A stretch of DNA of 64,000 nt from Bdellovibrio sp. (GTDB taxonomy: Bacteria > Bdellovibrionota > Bdellovibrionia > Bdellovibrionales > Bdellovibrionaceae): NCBI GenBank assembly GCA_036676395.1, contig JAKFCY010000002.1:32001-96000 (forward strand), read 5' to 3'. The notes beneath the pieces were generated by a model. It worked only from the letters and a program-made list of their open reading frames with translations. It did no database searches and was not told the origin of the DNA. This document shows positions 10,677 through 20,426 of this stretch, piece after piece. Both the position numbers and the translations under genes were made by a program. Numbering within the stretch: the first letter of the stretch is position 1; every line of letters begins with the position of its first letter.

Positions 10677-11432
10677 ATGCAAATCGGGGTAAATTGGAAA
10701 AATCTATTGGGCATTCTGGTGTTTGTTGCATCCCAACACGCCATGGCCAGTTACAAAGTCATTACAGATCGTAAACCCTTAGGCAAAGGCTGGGCTTATT
10801 CTTGGGCCGAGTTTTCTAAGCGAAAAAAGCCGCTAGCCTTGGGTTTATCAATTACCGGCAGTGCGATAAAAACGGCTCCTGATGAAATGCTGATGCTTCA
10901 TTTAAAACCAAAGAAAAAACATTACATTCCGCCATTTAAACATTTTACCGTCGACTGGAATCCGCACGGGCATGAACCTATGGGAATTTATACGGTTCCG
11001 CATTATGATTTTCACTTTTTTACGATTCCGCAAGAAGTGGTTCATAACATCACCTGCCAGGGTGCAGACGCGCTAAACTGTATGCAAGCCGTTGCGGCTC
11101 CGCTATTACCGGCAAATTATGTTCCGACGCCTGAGGGTGTGCCGATGATGGGATGGCATTGGGTCGATGTCACTTCGCCAGAATTTAATAACCAACCTTT
11201 TTCAGCAACATTTATTTATGGCTATTACAAAGGTAAAACGGCATTTTTAGAACCGATGGTTGCACTTGATTATTTACAAACTAAGCCAAATTCAATATAT
11301 CCTGTAAAACAGCAACCTGCGGTTTCTGAAGATGGTTATTATCCGCAAAATTACACTGTTAGCTATAATGCAGTGAAAGATGTGTATGATGTGGCTTTTG
11401 TGAATTTAAAGTACCGCACTACAGGCAGATAG
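10677..11432 (+). CDS. Exported His-rich protein, DUF5602/TTHB210-like
   Basis: Signal peptide; DWNPHGHEP, PHYDFHF, MGWHW, FLEPM. Confidence 0.7.
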   Translation: MQIGVNWKNLLGILVFVASQHAMASYKVITDRKPLGKGWAYSWAEFSKRKKPLALGLSITGSAIKTAPDEMLMLHLKPKKKHYIPPFKHFTVDWNPHGHEPMGIYTVPHYDFHFFTIPQEVVHNITCQGADALNCMQAVAAPLLPANYVPTPEGVPMMGWHWVDVTSPEFNNQPFSATFIYGYYKGKTAFLEPMVALDYLQTKPNSIYPVKQQPAVSEDGYYPQNYTVSYNAVKDVYDVAFVNLKYRTTGR

Positions 11433-11447
11433 GTATACAATGCTGAA

Positions 11448-11834
11448 ATGTCAGTTGAATCTACTCATCTTAAAAATAAATTAGCTTTTGAAGTTAAAAC
11501 TCGTGAATTTATGGTCAATTCTGATGTGAATGCGCAATTAGGCGGAGATAATTCTGCGCCTGATCCGCATCAATATATGGAAGTGGCTTTGGCCAGTTGC
11601 ACGGCAATTACAGTGATGATGTATGCCAAAAGAAAAGCGATTCCATTAGAAGATATCAATGTCACAATCCATATCACTGCTGAAGGTGAAACCAATGCTA
11701 TTTCACGCGGTATTAAATTAATCGGCAATCTAACTTCTGAACAAAAAGAAAGCCTTCTGGCGATCGCTGAAAAGTGCCCGATCCATAAGTTTCTTTCTCG
11801 CGGGGCAAAGATCGCTTCAACTCTGAAAGATTAA
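11448..11834 (+). CDS. OsmC family protein
   Basis: GGDNSAPDP, LASCTAIT, KCPIHK. Confidence 0.9.
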   Translation: MSVESTHLKNKLAFEVKTREFMVNSDVNAQLGGDNSAPDPHQYMEVALASCTAITVMMYAKRKAIPLEDINVTIHITAEGETNAISRGIKLIGNLTSEQKESLLAIAEKCPIHKFLSRGAKIASTLKD

Positions 11835-11837
11835 TAT

Positions 11838-12725
11838 ATGCTTAAACATGATATTTTAATCAGCGGTAAGAAAAAAGATTTAGGCGGCTTTATGGTCAGC
11901 CGTACTTTGCCAAATATTAAACGTCGCCATGTGGGGCCCTTTGTTTTTTTAGATCATATGGGGCCATTGCAGGTTGATCACGAACATTTAATGAGTGTTC
12001 GCCCGCACCCGCACATCGGTTTATCGACGGTGACTTATTTATTTTCTGGACGGGGATTACACCGTGATAGTTTAGGATCAAAACAAGTTATTTCTCCCGG
12101 TGATCTGAATTGGATGACCGCAGGCCGGGGCATCGTACATTCAGAGCGCACACCGGTTGAAGATTTATCAGCGCATCCGAAACCAACACTGCATGGAATT
12201 CAGATCTGGGTAGCGCTGCCAACAGATCAAGAAGAATGCGAACCCAATTTTACCCATTACGAAAAAGAAACTTTACCAAAATTTACTTTAGCAGAAAATT
12301 TAACCGGTAAACTGCTTATTGGAAGCCATGGCGGTACGACTTCGCCAGTAAAAACGTATTCACCGACATTTTTTGCCGATATCACTGTGGAAAATTCTGT
12401 GAATAACATGATTTCAATTTCAGAAGAAGAACTAGGTGTATTTTTATTAGAAGGTGCAGCCACGATTAACGATCAGGAATTAACAACGGATGATTTATTG
12501 TTAGTGGCAAAACCTGAGCAAATTAAAATTAAAGCAAGCTCTGGTACAAGATTGATTTTTATTGGTGGTTCAACGTTTCCCGAACCCAGATATATTTGGT
12601 GGAACTTTGTTTCGTCTCGTCGTGAAAGAATCCGCGAAGCCGCCGGGCAGTGGGAAAAACAACTTTTCGGCACGGTGAGTGATGAGAATGATTTTATTCC
12701 ACTGCCAACTGATCCATTACCTTAA
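11838..12725 (+). CDS. Pirin family protein
   Basis: GPFVFLDH, PHPHIGL, WMTAGRGIVHSE, QIWVALP, WWNFVS. Confidence 0.92.
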   Translation: MLKHDILISGKKKDLGGFMVSRTLPNIKRRHVGPFVFLDHMGPLQVDHEHLMSVRPHPHIGLSTVTYLFSGRGLHRDSLGSKQVISPGDLNWMTAGRGIVHSERTPVEDLSAHPKPTLHGIQIWVALPTDQEECEPNFTHYEKETLPKFTLAENLTGKLLIGSHGGTTSPVKTYSPTFFADITVENSVNNMISISEEELGVFLLEGAATINDQELTTDDLLLVAKPEQIKIKASSGTRLIFIGGSTFPEPRYIWWNFVSSRRERIREAAGQWEKQLFGTVSDENDFIPLPTDPLP

Positions 12726-13576
12726 AGGCGGCCCATTTTACCGCTTTCATAATCTTCGAACGCCTGGCGAATCTCGGCTTGGCTATTCATAACAAACGGG
12801 CCGTAGCCAACGATAGGTTCATTTAAGGGTTCACCACCTAAGAATAATAGTTTTGTGTCTTCTAAGGCGTCGATCTTAAATGTCTGGCCAGCATTTTCCA
12901 TTAAAGCAATTTCTGCATCGCCGATGGTTTTGTCATCGTTAAGTTTAATGCCTCCGCTTAAAACAAAAACTGAAGCTGTATGACCTTCGGGCACAGTAAA
13001 AATATTTTCACTGCCTTTACCTAAGCGAATATCCCATAGATTTATATCTGAATGAGTTTTCGCCGGGCCAGTGGCTGCTAAATAATGACCTGCAATCACG
13101 CGAAGTTTACCCCCCTGAAGTAACACTTCAGGAATTTCTTCGTTACGAAGACCCTGATAACGTGGTTTATTCATTTTATCTTTTTTCGGTAGATTCACCC
13201 AAAGCTGAACCATTTCAAAAAGACCACCATTTTTAGCAAAGTCGACTCCATGTTTTTCTTCATGCACTAAACCTGAAGCGGCTGTCATCCATTGCACATC
13301 GCCAGATTTAATGACGCCGCCACCACCAGCAGAGTCACGATGTTCGACTTCGCCTGAATAGACAATCGTTACAGTTTCAAAACCACGATGTGGATGTTCG
13401 CCCACGCCACGGCGATGTTCTGAAGGAGTAAATTCAGCAGGGCCCGCATAGTCCATTAATAAAAAAGGTGATAAATGCTGGCCTAAATCAGTGTAAGAAA
13501 AAATCGTGCGTACCGGAAAGCCGTCTCCGACCCAGTGTGGAGTGTCGCTTCGTTGTGTGTGTAATATTTTTTTCAT
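12722..13576 (-). CDS. Pirin family protein (second, convergent)
   Basis: HWVGDGF, HPHRGFETVT, WMTAASGLVHEE, GPFVMN; ATG at 13576 preceded by GGGAG. Confidence 0.92.
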   Translation of the reverse strand: MKKILHTQRSDTPHWVGDGFPVRTIFSYTDLGQHLSPFLLMDYAGPAEFTPSEHRRGVGEHPHRGFETVTIVYSGEVEHRDSAGGGGVIKSGDVQWMTAASGLVHEEKHGVDFAKNGGLFEMVQLWVNLPKKDKMNKPRYQGLRNEEIPEVLLQGGKLRVIAGHYLAATGPAKTHSDINLWDIRLGKGSENIFTVPEGHTASVFVLSGGIKLNDDKTIGDAEIALMENAGQTFKIDALEDTKLLFLGGEPLNEPIVGYGPFVMNSQAEIRQAFEDYESGKMGRL

Positions 13577-13642
13577 AATTACTCCCATGTCTTTGAATAT
13601 ATATTACGGCTATTGGAGGTCTTTGACTAGTCGGTACAATCT

Positions 13643-13676
13643 AATTTCATTGTTCTGTATATTGAACAATGAAATT
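13643..13676. promoter_or_regulatory. Perfect 13-bp inverted repeat, LysR-type operator candidate
   Basis: AATTTCATTGTTC-N8-GAACAATGAAATT; core ATTGTT-N10-AACAAT is shared with 22705-22726. Confidence 0.55.
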
Positions 13677-13681
13677 TGGAT

Positions 13682-13717
13682 AAAAAGAAAGGATAGACTG
13701 TAACTTCTATCCTTTCT
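13682..13717 (-). terminator. Intrinsic terminator of the ompA-like gene
   Basis: AGAAAGGATAGA...TCTATCCTTTCT 12-bp stem followed by a T run on the minus strand. Confidence 0.75.
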
Positions 13718-13751
13718 AACTAAAATATTTGCCGCCTGTCGTTTGCAAAAA

Positions 13752-14861
13752 TTATCTGCGGATCACTTCGATATCGATACGGCGGTTTTCGCTACGGCCG
13801 CTTTCGCTGCCATTGTCACCCACGGGTTGCACCGAGCCCATGCCGGCAGCTTCGATACGATCAGCAGCAATCCCTTGAGTAATCAAAGACTGGCGTAAGG
13901 CTTCAGCGCGATCCATAGAAAGTTGTTGGTTCGCACTTTCGACGCCAATATTATCAGTGTGACCGACAATACGAATGCGTGCTGTTGTATATTGATTTAA
14001 TAGTGCAGCTAAAGCCGTGCTTGTGGCCGTAGCTTCAGTGCTCAGCACTGCTGATCCTGTCGGAAAGTTTAATTCTCGTAAAGAAAACGCGCGTGGTGCG
14101 ACGGCGCCAGGATTAGCTAAAAATTGGGCGAGCTCATTCATTACAGTTTGATCAGTTGCTGCATAAGCTGTGGTACCGGTGGCAGCCGGAATGGATTCTG
14201 TATTAACTTGCGGGCTGGTGATGACAGGAGTTGTTTTTCTCCCCTGGCTCCACCAGATGATTCCAAGAACTACGGCTAATAAAATCCAGGGCCATACTTT
14301 TCTTGAAACACTCGGCTGTACTCCGGCTAATGGAACCGTGTTGGTTGCGAATTTTTGTGCCGATGCAGATAAGTCTGGCGTAAACCCACTTCCTTGCCCG
14401 AGCACATTGGCAAAAGCAGCAGGAGCTAAGGTTCCGCCTTTCATTTTTGATCCGATAAAAGTAAACACAGCCGCAGAAGCTGCACCTAATAATTTTGATC
14501 CCTGTGAAGTGTTCACGCCGGCTGCAGTTGTTACTTTTCCAAGTAAAGAATCTGTTTGGCCGCCCAGCACTTTTTGTAATAAATCTTGGCCTTTGTTAAT
14601 TTGTGAGGTGATGTTTGAAGTGTCACTCGTTACGCTTGCAGGCTGATCAAATCCACTTTCATGAATGGCGCTGGCTACAGTTTGAATACCATCAGGGCTG
14701 CGAATTTTTTTTTGCAGCTCTGTAAAAACTGCTGGAATGGCGGTTAGCATAGTTGATTTAGTTTTTTCGACAGGAATTCCTAAAGTTTCGCTGATTTTAT
14801 TAAAAAACCCAGTAGGTAAAACATTGGTAAATGAGTTTAAAGCATCGGCTGTAAGTTCCAT
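13752..14861 (-). CDS. OmpA-family peptidoglycan-binding membrane protein with N-terminal DUF937-like helical domain
   Basis: Start MELTADAL at 14861 with AGGAG RBS; central TM; C-terminal GHTDN...NQQLSMDRA...ENRRIDI. Confidence 0.85.
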   Translation of the reverse strand: MELTADALNSFTNVLPTGFFNKISETLGIPVEKTKSTMLTAIPAVFTELQKKIRSPDGIQTVASAIHESGFDQPASVTSDTSNITSQINKGQDLLQKVLGGQTDSLLGKVTTAAGVNTSQGSKLLGAASAAVFTFIGSKMKGGTLAPAAFANVLGQGSGFTPDLSASAQKFATNTVPLAGVQPSVSRKVWPWILLAVVLGIIWWSQGRKTTPVITSPQVNTESIPAATGTTAYAATDQTVMNELAQFLANPGAVAPRAFSLRELNFPTGSAVLSTEATATSTALAALLNQYTTARIRIVGHTDNIGVESANQQLSMDRAEALRQSLITQGIAADRIEAAGMGSVQPVGDNGSESGRSENRRIDIEVIRR

Positions 14862-14920
14862 AAAATACTCCTTTATTTTGAGGTAAAATGACTTCCATGT
14901 GCACTCGGTTATATTAATAA

Positions 14921-14935
14921 GCAAAGCTAGTGCCG
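14921..14935 (-). promoter_or_regulatory. Sigma-54 -24/-12 promoter
   Basis: Minus strand CGGCAC-TAGCT-TTGC, 60 bp upstream of the ompA-like start. Confidence 0.7.
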
Positions 14936-14988
14936 CGGGTGCAAAAATAGGCTTTCCTTTACGGGGCAAACTGGGGTATGAATGGCGT

Positions 14989-15639
14989 ATGGGAAAAATT
15001 GAAATTCTCAGATTGATGGCCGGCTTTAAAAAGTTTCGCGAAAAATATTTCGCCGGCGAACACCCACTGTATGGAAGACTTTCTAACAGCACTGGCGTGG
15101 GGCAAACACCAAAAACCTTAATCATTGGTTGCAGCGATTCACGTGTTGACCCGGCAATTATCACTTCAGCATCACCGGGTGAGTTATTTATCGTGCGCAA
15201 TGTGGCTAATCTTGTGCCACCGTACGAAAAAGGCGGCGGCTTTCACGGGGTGAGTGCCGCGATCGAATTCGCTGTGGTGAATTTAAAAGTAGAAAATATA
15301 ATCGTGCTTGGGCATCGCCAATGCGGTGGTATCAGAGCTTTAATGTTAAATCAAAATTCTGAACAAACCAGTTTCGTTGATCGTTGGGTTAACATTGCTC
15401 AAGACGCTAAAGAACGTGTGCTTGCGGCTCATGCGGGCGAAGATGACGACAGTCTTTGTCGTCATGGTGAATTAGAATCTATTGTAACATCATTAAATAA
15501 TCTAAGAACATTTCCGTTTGTTAAATCCGCGATTGAAGAGCGCGGTCTAGCGTTAATGGGAATCTACTTCGATCTTGAGTTAGGCCACTTGCTTGAATTC
15601 GACGACGAAGCTCGTAACTTTCGTTCGATTGAAATGTAA
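14989..15639 (+). CDS. Beta-class carbonic anhydrase
   Basis: CSDSRVDP, RNVANLVPP, GHRQCGG; ATG at 14989. Confidence 0.93.
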   Translation: MGKIEILRLMAGFKKFREKYFAGEHPLYGRLSNSTGVGQTPKTLIIGCSDSRVDPAIITSASPGELFIVRNVANLVPPYEKGGGFHGVSAAIEFAVVNLKVENIIVLGHRQCGGIRALMLNQNSEQTSFVDRWVNIAQDAKERVLAAHAGEDDDSLCRHGELESIVTSLNNLRTFPFVKSAIEERGLALMGIYFDLELGHLLEFDDEARNFRSIEM

Positions 15640-15653
15640 TTTTAAATACACAT

Positions 15654-16178
15654 TTAGTGTGGAGCATGGTGTTCATCACTTTGTTTTTGCGTCAGGCGCT
15701 GGCGTTCGTATCTTCCGGTAATTTGAGCGGTTTTCAGAATATGGTTTTTCATGGTTTCATGAATTGTTTTAATATCTGCGCGCGCTGGTCCTAAGTTTTC
15801 AATATCTAATGCAAACAAGGTAAAAATATAACGATGGGCTAAATCTCCCGGAGGAGGCTTAGGGCCGTCATAACCCGTGCTGCCAAATGAATTTATGCCT
15901 TGATCAATGCGGAGTGGATCATGCAGTTCTTCTTTTTTTTCTAAGCCTTCATGCAGTGCCGAAATTGAGGGTGAAATATTATAAACAACCCAATGTGTGA
16001 AAGTGGGATCTTGCGGCGAATTTTTGGGTGCGTCGATATCTTCACACATTAACACTAAACTTTTACAGCCACTGGGGATATCTGACCATTCTAACGCAGG
16101 CGATAGATTGTCGCCATCAGCAGTGAATTGTTGTGGTATTTTGCCATAGTCGTCGAATGATGAACTGTTCAAATGCAT
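15654..16178 (-). CDS. YbhB/YbcL (PEBP/RKIP-like) protein
   Basis: SPALEW, DIDAP, FTHWVVYNI, YDGPKPP, HRYIFTLFALD. Confidence 0.92.
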   Translation of the reverse strand: MHLNSSSFDDYGKIPQQFTADGDNLSPALEWSDIPSGCKSLVLMCEDIDAPKNSPQDPTFTHWVVYNISPSISALHEGLEKKEELHDPLRIDQGINSFGSTGYDGPKPPPGDLAHRYIFTLFALDIENLGPARADIKTIHETMKNHILKTAQITGRYERQRLTQKQSDEHHAPH

Positions 16179-16235
16179 AAGAAGCTCCTTCTAAATTTTA
16201 AATTTGAGTTTCAATTGATATTATTGAAAGTATTT

Positions 16236-16250
16236 GCAAAGCTTAAGCCA
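16236..16250 (-). promoter_or_regulatory. Sigma-54 -24/-12 promoter
   Basis: Minus strand TGGCTT-AAGCT-TTGC, 58 bp upstream of the ybhB-like start. Confidence 0.65.
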
Positions 16251-16266
16251 TTAGAAGGAGTGTGTT

Positions 16267-16626
16267 ATGGCGAAATATGTCGATGGATTTGTAATACCAA
16301 TCGCAAAAAATAAAGTGGCCGCTTACCGAAAAATTGCAGCCAAGGCCGGAAAACTATGGATGAAGTATGGGGCTTTAGAATACTTTGAAACAGTCGGTGA
16401 AGATTTAAAAATGCCTTTTGGTATGCCATTTACTAAAATGGCCAAGCTTAAAAAGAATGAGACTGTTATTTTTTCTTGGATTGTTTATAAAAACAAAGCT
16501 CATCGCAATAAAGTGAACAAACTGATTATGCAAGATCCTTGGATGCAAACGATGGATCCAAATACGATGCCCTTTGATCATAAGAAAATGGCCGTGGGTG
16601 GTTTTAAAGTGCTTGTCGAAGAGTAG
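16267..16626 (+). CDS. DUF1428 (YbaA-like) protein
   Basis: YVDGFVIPI, YGALEY, ETVIFSWI, MPFD.KKM..GGF. Confidence 0.9.
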   Translation: MAKYVDGFVIPIAKNKVAAYRKIAAKAGKLWMKYGALEYFETVGEDLKMPFGMPFTKMAKLKKNETVIFSWIVYKNKAHRNKVNKLIMQDPWMQTMDPNTMPFDHKKMAVGGFKVLVEE

Positions 16627-16665
16627 ATTTACTTAATATGATATCTTAACAAGGGGATATCATCT

Positions 16666-17091
16666 ATGAATCAAAAAATTAAATGTTTTATGCAACCTTA
16701 CGTTTTACCGAAGTGTGCATCGACTGGGCTTCTAATTGTTCGTTTAGTTGTGGGTATTGCAATGATTATGCACGGCTGGGGAAAAATCCAATCGCCATTT
16801 TCATGGATGGGCGCTGATGCGCCAGTTCCGGGTGTTTTACAATTATTAGCTGCGATTTCAGAATTTGGCGGCGGCATTGCGCTTGTTCTTGGATTATTAA
16901 CATCATTAGCGATGGTTGGAATGGCGATCACAATGGCGGTTGCTGTTTACACGCATGCGGTTGTTAAAGGCGATCCGTTCGTGGGTGGCTATGAATTAGC
17001 TGCAGTTTATATGGTGATTGCGTTGATGTTCATCGCAGTTGGCCCAGGTAAATATTCTGTAGATCATAAAATTTTCGGTGATAAGGCATAA
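16666..17091 (+). CDS. DoxX family membrane protein
   Basis: RLVVGIAMIMHGWGK, EFGGG, GYEL, GPGKYSVD. Confidence 0.9.
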   Translation: MNQKIKCFMQPYVLPKCASTGLLIVRLVVGIAMIMHGWGKIQSPFSWMGADAPVPGVLQLLAAISEFGGGIALVLGLLTSLAMVGMAITMAVAVYTHAVVKGDPFVGGYELAAVYMVIALMFIAVGPGKYSVDHKIFGDKA

Positions 17092-17096
17092 TAATT

Positions 17097-17462
17097 ATGG
17101 CAAAAGCTGCAAAATATATCGATATCTGTATTCAACCGATTCCTAAGAAAAATTTAGCTGAATACACTAAAACGACTAAATTAATCGGCCAGATTTTAGT
17201 GAAACATGGAGCTCTTGCGAGCCGTGATTATGTTGGCGAAGATAAAAACGCAACTTCAATTTCTGCACCATTTGGTAAAAGCGTGAAATTGAAAAAAAAT
17301 GAAGTCGTTATTTACGCCGTTGCTGAATTTAAATCAAAAAAACACCGTGAACAGGTTTTTGCTAAAATGATGAAAGATCCAAAGATGAAAGAGATTTCAT
17401 TTATGATGGATGAAGACCGCATGGTCATGGGCGGTTTTGAACTTTTAGTGGCCGTCGACTAG
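17097..17462 (+). CDS. DUF1428 family protein (divergent paralog)
   Basis: KHGAL, KLKKNEVV, HREQV..KMMKDP, RMVMGGF parallel the 16267 protein. Confidence 0.8.
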   Translation: MAKAAKYIDICIQPIPKKNLAEYTKTTKLIGQILVKHGALASRDYVGEDKNATSISAPFGKSVKLKKNEVVIYAVAEFKSKKHREQVFAKMMKDPKMKEISFMMDEDRMVMGGFELLVAVD

Positions 17463-17470
17463 TTTTGCCG

Positions 17471-18040
17471 ATGCACAAAGGTCGTCTTGAAGCGTTTAGT
17501 GATGGTGTAATTGCCATCATTATTACGATCATGGTTTTAGAATTTAAAGTTCCGCATGAAACTGACTTATCTGCCTTATTAGGTCTGTGGCATATTTTTT
17601 TAAGTTACACTCTGAGTTTTATTTACGTCGGAATTTACTGGAACAATCACCACCATTTATTTCAGGCGACGAATAAAATTCATGGTGGGATTTTGTGGGC
17701 GAACTTACATTTATTATTTTGGTTGTCATTGATTCCGTTTTCTACGGCTTGGCTGGGTGAAAATAAATTTGCCGATGGACCAGTTGCAGTTTATGGCGTC
17801 GTTTTATTAATGGCTGCTGTGGCCTACACGGTTTTACAGAGTCTGTTAGTTAAACATCATGGTAACGATTCAACTTTAGCAAAAGCGATTGGTACTGATA
17901 ATAAAGGTAAAATTTCTGTAGCGTGCTATGTAGCGGGTATTTTATTATCGCATATTATGCCGTGGGCATCATGCGCTCTGTATGTGTTTGTCGCGATGTT
18001 GTGGCTTGTTCCAGATCGTCGTATCGAACAAGCCATATAA
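17471..18040 (+). CDS. TMEM175 (DUF1211) potassium channel family protein
   Basis: RLEAFSDGVIAIIITIMVL signature; WNNHHH. Confidence 0.92.
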   Translation: MHKGRLEAFSDGVIAIIITIMVLEFKVPHETDLSALLGLWHIFLSYTLSFIYVGIYWNNHHHLFQATNKIHGGILWANLHLLFWLSLIPFSTAWLGENKFADGPVAVYGVVLLMAAVAYTVLQSLLVKHHGNDSTLAKAIGTDNKGKISVACYVAGILLSHIMPWASCALYVFVAMLWLVPDRRIEQAI

Positions 18041-18043
18041 TTA

Positions 18044-18814
18044 TTAGTTAATTAATTTTTTACGAATTTGCGTATAAGCCAGTGTGCATAACACTGCGCT
18101 TTGCACGATTAGAATTCCACCGTGAAATGCTAAAGCTTCAAGAATATCTTTATTCCAGAATAGAGCCTGGGCAATACGAACTCCATGAATTAACGGGAAA
18201 AAGTTGGCAATAAAACGAACGATATTATTCATTTGTTCGATCGGAAAAAAGATTCCTGATAAAAAATATAACGGGGCTATTAAAAATGAATACACCGTTT
18301 GAAATTGATTAATATTTTTTACCCACGCCGTCGCTAATAATCCCATCGCCCCGCAAGGTACTGCGACTAAACAGCCGACAATAGCCACGGCTGGGATTAA
18401 CCATGGATTTACCATTAATCCACAAAGTGCAAGTACGACGGCCACACCAACCGCCATCAATGCGCCTTTAAGGCCAACCCAAATTAATTCGCCGAACACA
18501 ACTTCTTTGACGCCGATCGGGGTTGTTAACATTGCTTTGAAAACATTTTCATAACTCATGCGAACATAAAAACCGTAGCTGCTTTCAAAAAACGAGGTGA
18601 AAAGTGCAGTAGCCACAGTTAAGCCCGGGGCTAAAAACTGCATATAGCTCATGCCTTCAACATTAGTTAAATAAGAACCCAGACCTAATCCAAGTGACAC
18701 TAAAATTAATGCAGGATCTGCAACTGTTGGTGAAATATTTGATATGAAATCTTTTTTATACACAGTCCAATTGCGGAGTGTGATGTAAAAAAATAATTGA
18801 ATGGTGTTAAGCAT
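18044..18814 (-). CDS. ABC-2 type exporter permease (NodJ-like)
   Basis: Six TM segments, YMQFLAPG, FLSGIFFP. Confidence 0.88.
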   Translation of the reverse strand: MLNTIQLFFYITLRNWTVYKKDFISNISPTVADPALILVSLGLGLGSYLTNVEGMSYMQFLAPGLTVATALFTSFFESSYGFYVRMSYENVFKAMLTTPIGVKEVVFGELIWVGLKGALMAVGVAVVLALCGLMVNPWLIPAVAIVGCLVAVPCGAMGLLATAWVKNINQFQTVYSFLIAPLYFLSGIFFPIEQMNNIVRFIANFFPLIHGVRIAQALFWNKDILEALAFHGGILIVQSAVLCTLAYTQIRKKLIN

Positions 18815-19718
18815 CGGCTGTAAGTTCCTGTCCAGTGACTTTTAAAAATACATCTTCTAGATTCGAAGGTCTGATCTGAAGCGGAGTTAAATTGTTTTTC
18901 GTGTGCAAGGTTGTTAATTCATCTAATGAATTTGTGCGCACGTATAATCCTGAAGTGTCTTCAGTTAAGGTGTATGAATTATTGCTGGCGACAATTTTTT
19001 GCACTTGTTCGCGATTTTCGATAGAAAAAATGCCAACATAGCCTGGGGTGTGCAGATTAATTAATTCTTTAGGGCTGCCTTGGCCCACAACTAAACCTTT
19101 ATTCATGATCACTAGACGATTACATAAAACTTCGGCTTCGTGCATGTAATGTGTGGTTAAAACAATGGTTGTACCCTGATTGTGTAATTCTTTAACTTTA
19201 CCCCATAATAAATGGCGAACTGCCGGATCTAATCCTGTTGTGGGTTCGTCTAGAATTAATAATTCAGGTTTTCCTAAAAGCGCACGCACAAACACTAAAC
19301 GGCGTTTCATGCCGCCAGACAAAGCCATGATCGGCATATCTTTTTTGTGCATCAGATTCATGTATTCTAAAAGCTCTTCGACTCGTTTTTTACGTTCGTC
19401 TTTAGCTACGCCAATAAAAGCACAGTAGATCATCATGTTTTCAAGCACAGTTAATGATTCATCAAGGGCATTTTCTTGGGTGACCACGCCCATGCGTCTT
19501 TTAATATCACGGCTATGTGTTTTTGGATCATAACCAAAAACAGTTAAATCACCCGAGGTGCGCTGCACGCTTCCGTAAGTCATGCTGATGAAAGTGGATT
19601 TACCGGCGCCATTGGGGCCAAGTAAGCCAAAACATTCGCCCTTGTTGATTTGTAAATTTAATTCATCAACGGCTTTAAAATCGCCGAACTTTTTGACTAA
19701 CGAAGAAGCTGTTATCAT
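18807..19718 (-). CDS. ABC exporter ATP-binding protein (NodI-like)
   Basis: GPNGAGKS, LSGGMKRR, ILDEPTTGLDP, TTHYM. Confidence 0.92.
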   Translation of the reverse strand: MITASSLVKKFGDFKAVDELNLQINKGECFGLLGPNGAGKSTFISMTYGSVQRTSGDLTVFGYDPKTHSRDIKRRMGVVTQENALDESLTVLENMMIYCAFIGVAKDERKKRVEELLEYMNLMHKKDMPIMALSGGMKRRLVFVRALLGKPELLILDEPTTGLDPAVRHLLWGKVKELHNQGTTIVLTTHYMHEAEVLCNRLVIMNKGLVVGQGSPKELINLHTPGYVGIFSIENREQVQKIVASNNSYTLTEDTSGLYVRTNSLDELTTLHTKNNLTPLQIRPSNLEDVFLKVTGQELTADA

Positions 19719-20132
19719 TTATTTTTTTTCCGCAGCTTGGTTGAACATCCAGTTCACACCAAACTTATCTGTCAACATACCAAATTTAATCGCCCAGAAG
19801 GTTTGCTGTAACGGCATTGTGATTTTTCCGCCAGCAGCTAATTTATTAAAAGCTTCAGCGGGATCAGTATTTTTATCATAATTAACCGATAATTGAATAT
19901 TATTACCAATTGAAACATCGTTTCCAGAATGAGAATCTGACGCCAGCAATTCAGTGCCGCGAATTTTAAAAACTGTATGAATAATTTTGTTTTTTGATTC
20001 GTCGGCCACATCAGTCGGTGTGTCACCATAGCGTGTAGTAAATAACACTTCGCCGTTAAATGTTTGGCAATAAAATTTGACGGCCTCTTCGCAGTTGCCA
20101 TTGAATAAAAGATAAGTTTGTAATCCTGCCAT
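19719..20132 (-). CDS. VOC/PhnB (3-demethylubiquinone-9 methyltransferase-like) protein
   Basis: YLLFNGNCEEA..FY, TFWA..FGMLTDKFGVNW; ATG at 20132 with AGGAG RBS. Confidence 0.9.
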   Translation of the reverse strand: MAGLQTYLLFNGNCEEAVKFYCQTFNGEVLFTTRYGDTPTDVADESKNKIIHTVFKIRGTELLASDSHSGNDVSIGNNIQLSVNYDKNTDPAEAFNKLAAGGKITMPLQQTFWAIKFGMLTDKFGVNWMFNQAAEKK

Positions 20133-20191
20133 TGGGTGCTCCTTTGCGGGTTGTTTCAAAGATTGCCCATCTTAGCCCAAGATGCCAGACT

Positions 20192-20422
20192 ATGAAAATG
20201 AAAATCACCGTGGCTGTGAAGCCTAACAGCAAAAAAGAATTGGTCGAACAAATGCCCGATGGCACATATACGGTTCGCGTTAACGTGCCTCCGGTAGAAG
20301 GTAAAGCCAATGAGCGGGTGATTGAACTGTTGTCTGAACACTTCAGACGGCCCAAGTCATTGATTACACTAGTTAGTGGGTTAAAAAGTAAAAAGAAAAT
20401 ATTTTCGATCGGGAGTAAATAA
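20192..20422 (+). CDS. DUF167 (YggU/UPF0235) protein
   Basis: VKPNSK, PPVEGKAN, SGLKSKKK; ATG at 20192. Confidence 0.88.
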   Translation: MKMKITVAVKPNSKKELVEQMPDGTYTVRVNVPPVEGKANERVIELLSEHFRRPKSLITLVSGLKSKKKIFSIGSK

Positions 20423-20426
20423 AACG

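Noticed and set aside
14862..15200. Long N-terminal extensions making the ompA-like and carbonic anhydrase ORFs overlap
   Set aside because: Artifact of longest-ORF calling; RBS and domain boundaries support starts at 14861 and 14989
18044..19718. Nodulation factor export (nodIJ)
   Set aside because: Family resemblance only; no nod biosynthesis genes present
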